From: a virus
Lineage: Duplodnaviria > Caudoviricetes
Virus record (IMG/VR): IMGVR_UViG_2862465376_000001
Span: 1 to 64,000 of that record
Reading direction: 5' to 3' (one strand)
Length of the DNA: 64,000 bases
In this document: positions 62,260 to 64,000 of the stretch, piece after piece
How positions within the stretch are numbered: the first letter of the stretch is position 1
How the letters are laid out: every line of letters starts with the position of its first letter
Notes under the pieces: model-generated
The model's database searches: none
What the model was told of the DNA's origin: nothing
Seen by the model: the letters and a program-made list of their open reading frames with translations, nothing else
Program-made: the position numbers and the translations under genes

Positions 62260-62507
62260 TGATGCCGATGCGCGGCCCCGGCAACGCGGCCTCCTACGGC
62301 CTGGGCTGGACCATCAAGCAGGTCAAGGTGAAGGAGATCCTCCCCGAGAAGCGGATGGCCATCTGCATCGACACCGAGGGCCAGTACCTGGAGGCCACCA
62401 CGGCCATCCACCGCACCGGCATCGAGCTGGAGGTCGGCCAGACCTGGGTCGTCGACCGGACCTACGGGGTCTGGTCCTTCGCCGCGAGGCTGGAGTTCGG
62501 GGCATAA
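62259..62507 (+). CDS. Small OB-fold-like baseplate protein
   Basis: TGATG coupling; EVGQTWVV. Confidence 0.6.
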   Translation: MMPMRGPGNAASYGLGWTIKQVKVKEILPEKRMAICIDTEGQYLEATTAIHRTGIELEVGQTWVVDRTYGVWSFAARLEFGA

Positions 62508-62524
62508 GGAGGGGCGGCCGAATT

Positions 62525-62582
62525 CTGTGACATGCATGTCACAGTTTCCGACCGCCCCAGATCTGTGACATGCATGTCACAG
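62525..62582. repeat. Two identical 20-bp perfect palindromes (parS-like)
   Basis: CTGTGACATGCATGTCACAG at 62525-62544 and 62563-62582. Confidence 0.85.
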
Positions 62583-62589
62583 AATCAGG

Positions 62590-63477
62590 TCAGCCTCCGA
62601 GCAGCCCTTCGGCCTCGGCCACCCGCTTCTTCATCTCGTCCACGTACTCCTGCGCGGACTGCCGGTCGCCGACCTTCACCAGCTCCTTGAGCAGCCCCAA
62701 GTCGATCTTTCCTGCGGCGCGGGCCTCCCTGAGGCGTTCCGAGACGGGGCGCGGCTGGCGTCCTTCAATCGCCTTTGGCTCCTGAGCAGCGAGAGCAGTA
62801 GCGTCCATGAGGCGACGCAGGCTCTTCACGGCTCCCACGGTCACTGGCCCCTTGGCTGCCAACTCGACGTATTTCTCCCGCAGGAGGGCCGGGTCGTCCT
62901 TGCCCAGGGTGTAGAGCTGCTCCACGACCAGCTGGGCCAGAGGAGACTCAACAAGGCCTTCGAGTGCCGAGTAGACGACGTGATGCCGAATCGCGCGGTA
63001 GTAGATGTGCCGCTCGAACCCGATGGACTTGGCGAACTTCTCGACGGACTTGTGACCGCCCGCCTTGTAGCTCCCCTTCTTCTGGACCTCGGAGAACCAG
63101 CGCCCCGTGATGATCCAGTAGTTGGCCTCCAGCCGGGCAAACCTGTCTCCGGCTGCCTCACCGACCTTGCGGATCTGACGTTCCGCATAGGCAAGGTGCT
63201 GAAGGTCACTGATGTCCTTCGGCGCCGGAACGTACGTGAAGGGGTCCTCCGGCTCGGGATCGTGCACGATACCTTCGATCGGCGCCGGAGCAGCCGGGTT
63301 GGGCACCTGGGGCTCCTCGGCCGTGGCACCTGTTCCGGCGGTTTCGGAAGGCGCCTCTTCTCCACGCCGGGCGACCGGCTTTCCTGCGGCTCTGCGGGCG
63401 GCTGCGGCCTGGGCTCCCCGGCCGCCGAACTTGGCTGCGGCGGGACTCTTCCCGCCGCTCTTGGCTGCGGTACTCAC
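62590..63477 (-). CDS. ParA partner protein (putative centromere-binding protein)
   Basis: GTGA-coupled to parA; basic disordered N-terminus, helical/HTH-like core. Confidence 0.7.
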   Translation of the reverse strand: MSTAAKSGGKSPAAAKFGGRGAQAAAARRAAGKPVARRGEEAPSETAGTGATAEEPQVPNPAAPAPIEGIVHDPEPEDPFTYVPAPKDISDLQHLAYAERQIRKVGEAAGDRFARLEANYWIITGRWFSEVQKKGSYKAGGHKSVEKFAKSIGFERHIYYRAIRHHVVYSALEGLVESPLAQLVVEQLYTLGKDDPALLREKYVELAAKGPVTVGAVKSLRRLMDATALAAQEPKAIEGRQPRPVSERLREARAAGKIDLGLLKELVKVGDRQSAQEYVDEMKKRVAEAEGLLGG

Positions 63478-64000
63478 GCGACCTCGTCCTCCTCTTCGAT
63501 GATGCCCTTCATGGCGTGACGGACCAGAAGTCCCCACTCCTCCAGATCGCCCCTCTTCGGCATAACGTTCCAGGACCGACCGTGGTGGGGGGCCTTGCTG
63601 ATGTCGAAGTAGGGGTCGAGGAAGGGCGGAGGCACGAAGTCCTCGTCCTCGTCACTGAGGTCCTCCGCCATCGCCTCACGCTCCTCCTCGGCGAGGGTGG
63701 AGGTGAAATCACACCTCGTGAAGAAGTTGTAGACCGAGAGGCCCTCCTGGTTGAGGATCGCCGCGCTGGCGGCCGTCTGCAGGGTCGCCTGAATGCGGTC
63801 GGTCTCCCACCCAGACGGCGCGCTGGGCATGAGCAGCAGGCGTGCCTGCGCGCACAGGTCGATGAAGGTCTCCTTGTCGCCTCCTCCGAGGTCGACAATG
63901 ACCACGTCGTGCTTCTCCCGGAGCGGCCGGAGTCGCTTCTTCAGGGAGATGGCATCCGGCCCCGTGGAAGGGTGCACCACCAGCTTGAACGGGATCTTGT
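63474..64000 (-). CDS. parA: ParA-family ATPase (5' end outside window)
   Basis: HDVVIVDLGGG (Walker B), LLMPSAPSGWET, FFTR. Confidence 0.75.
   Translation of the reverse strand, partial: KIPFKLVVHPSTGPDAISLKKRLRPLREKHDVVIVDLGGGDKETFIDLCAQARLLLMPSAPSGWETDRIQATLQTAASAAILNQEGLSVYNFFTRCDFTSTLAEEEREAMAEDLSDEDEDFVPPPFLDPYFDISKAPHHGRSWNVMPKRGDLEEWGLLVRHAMKGIIEEEDEVA

Larger units (their letters stand above)
1..64000. mobile_element. Actinobacterial (Streptomyces-like) myovirus prophage / phage-plasmid segment
   Basis: Head-neck-contractile tail gene order, lysis genes, dcd/thyX, many small early ORFs and a ParA locus; no host housekeeping genes; both ends continue beyond the window. Confidence 0.92.

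Noticed and set aside
52225-62507. Extracellular contractile injection system / tailocin interpretation
   Set aside because: Portal, protease, capsid and neck genes are present, indicating a DNA-packaging phage
62525-62582. Twin palindromes as a mini-CRISPR
   Set aside because: Only two units, 18-bp spacer, no cas genes; position next to parA favours parS

Overview
High-GC, Streptomyces-like DNA that reads as part of a large temperate myovirus or phage-plasmid. 1-13 kb holds about 35 small co-oriented early/accessory ORFs, followed by dcd and a coiled-coil protein with a RelE-like C-terminus. 15.5-62.5 kb is a morphogenesis region: putative processed head polyproteins, portal, tailspike, CHAP endolysin, prohead protease, scaffold, major capsid, neck, sheath, tube, frameshifted tail chaperone, tape measure and baseplate hub. 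From memory the proteins and order resemble Bxz1-type actinobacterial myoviruses; this needs an HHpred check. Minus-strand cargo interrupts the region: an XRE/ImmA-like/MAB_1171c/PAP2 cassette, an AbrB-RelE pair and an HD (Mesh1-like) hydrolase. thyX, an HNH endonuclease and ADP-ribosyltransferase domains are also embedded. The window ends in a parA plus partner-gene locus with twin 20-bp palindromes. Two dispersed cis-regulatory systems are visible. (1) An 18-copy bipartite motif, CTGTC-N20/21-(C/T)A(A/G)GGGGTGA, precedes late operons. (2) A family of RNA hairpins has a conserved CCGCCA loop and variable, compensating stems that occlude ribosome-binding sites or sit in leader terminators. Candidate small RNAs carrying the complementary UGG(C/U)GG occur elsewhere in the window; this is the most novel-looking signal. 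I recognised no terminase, integrase, replicase or sigma factor in the window. All product calls come from motifs and synteny only; no searches were run.
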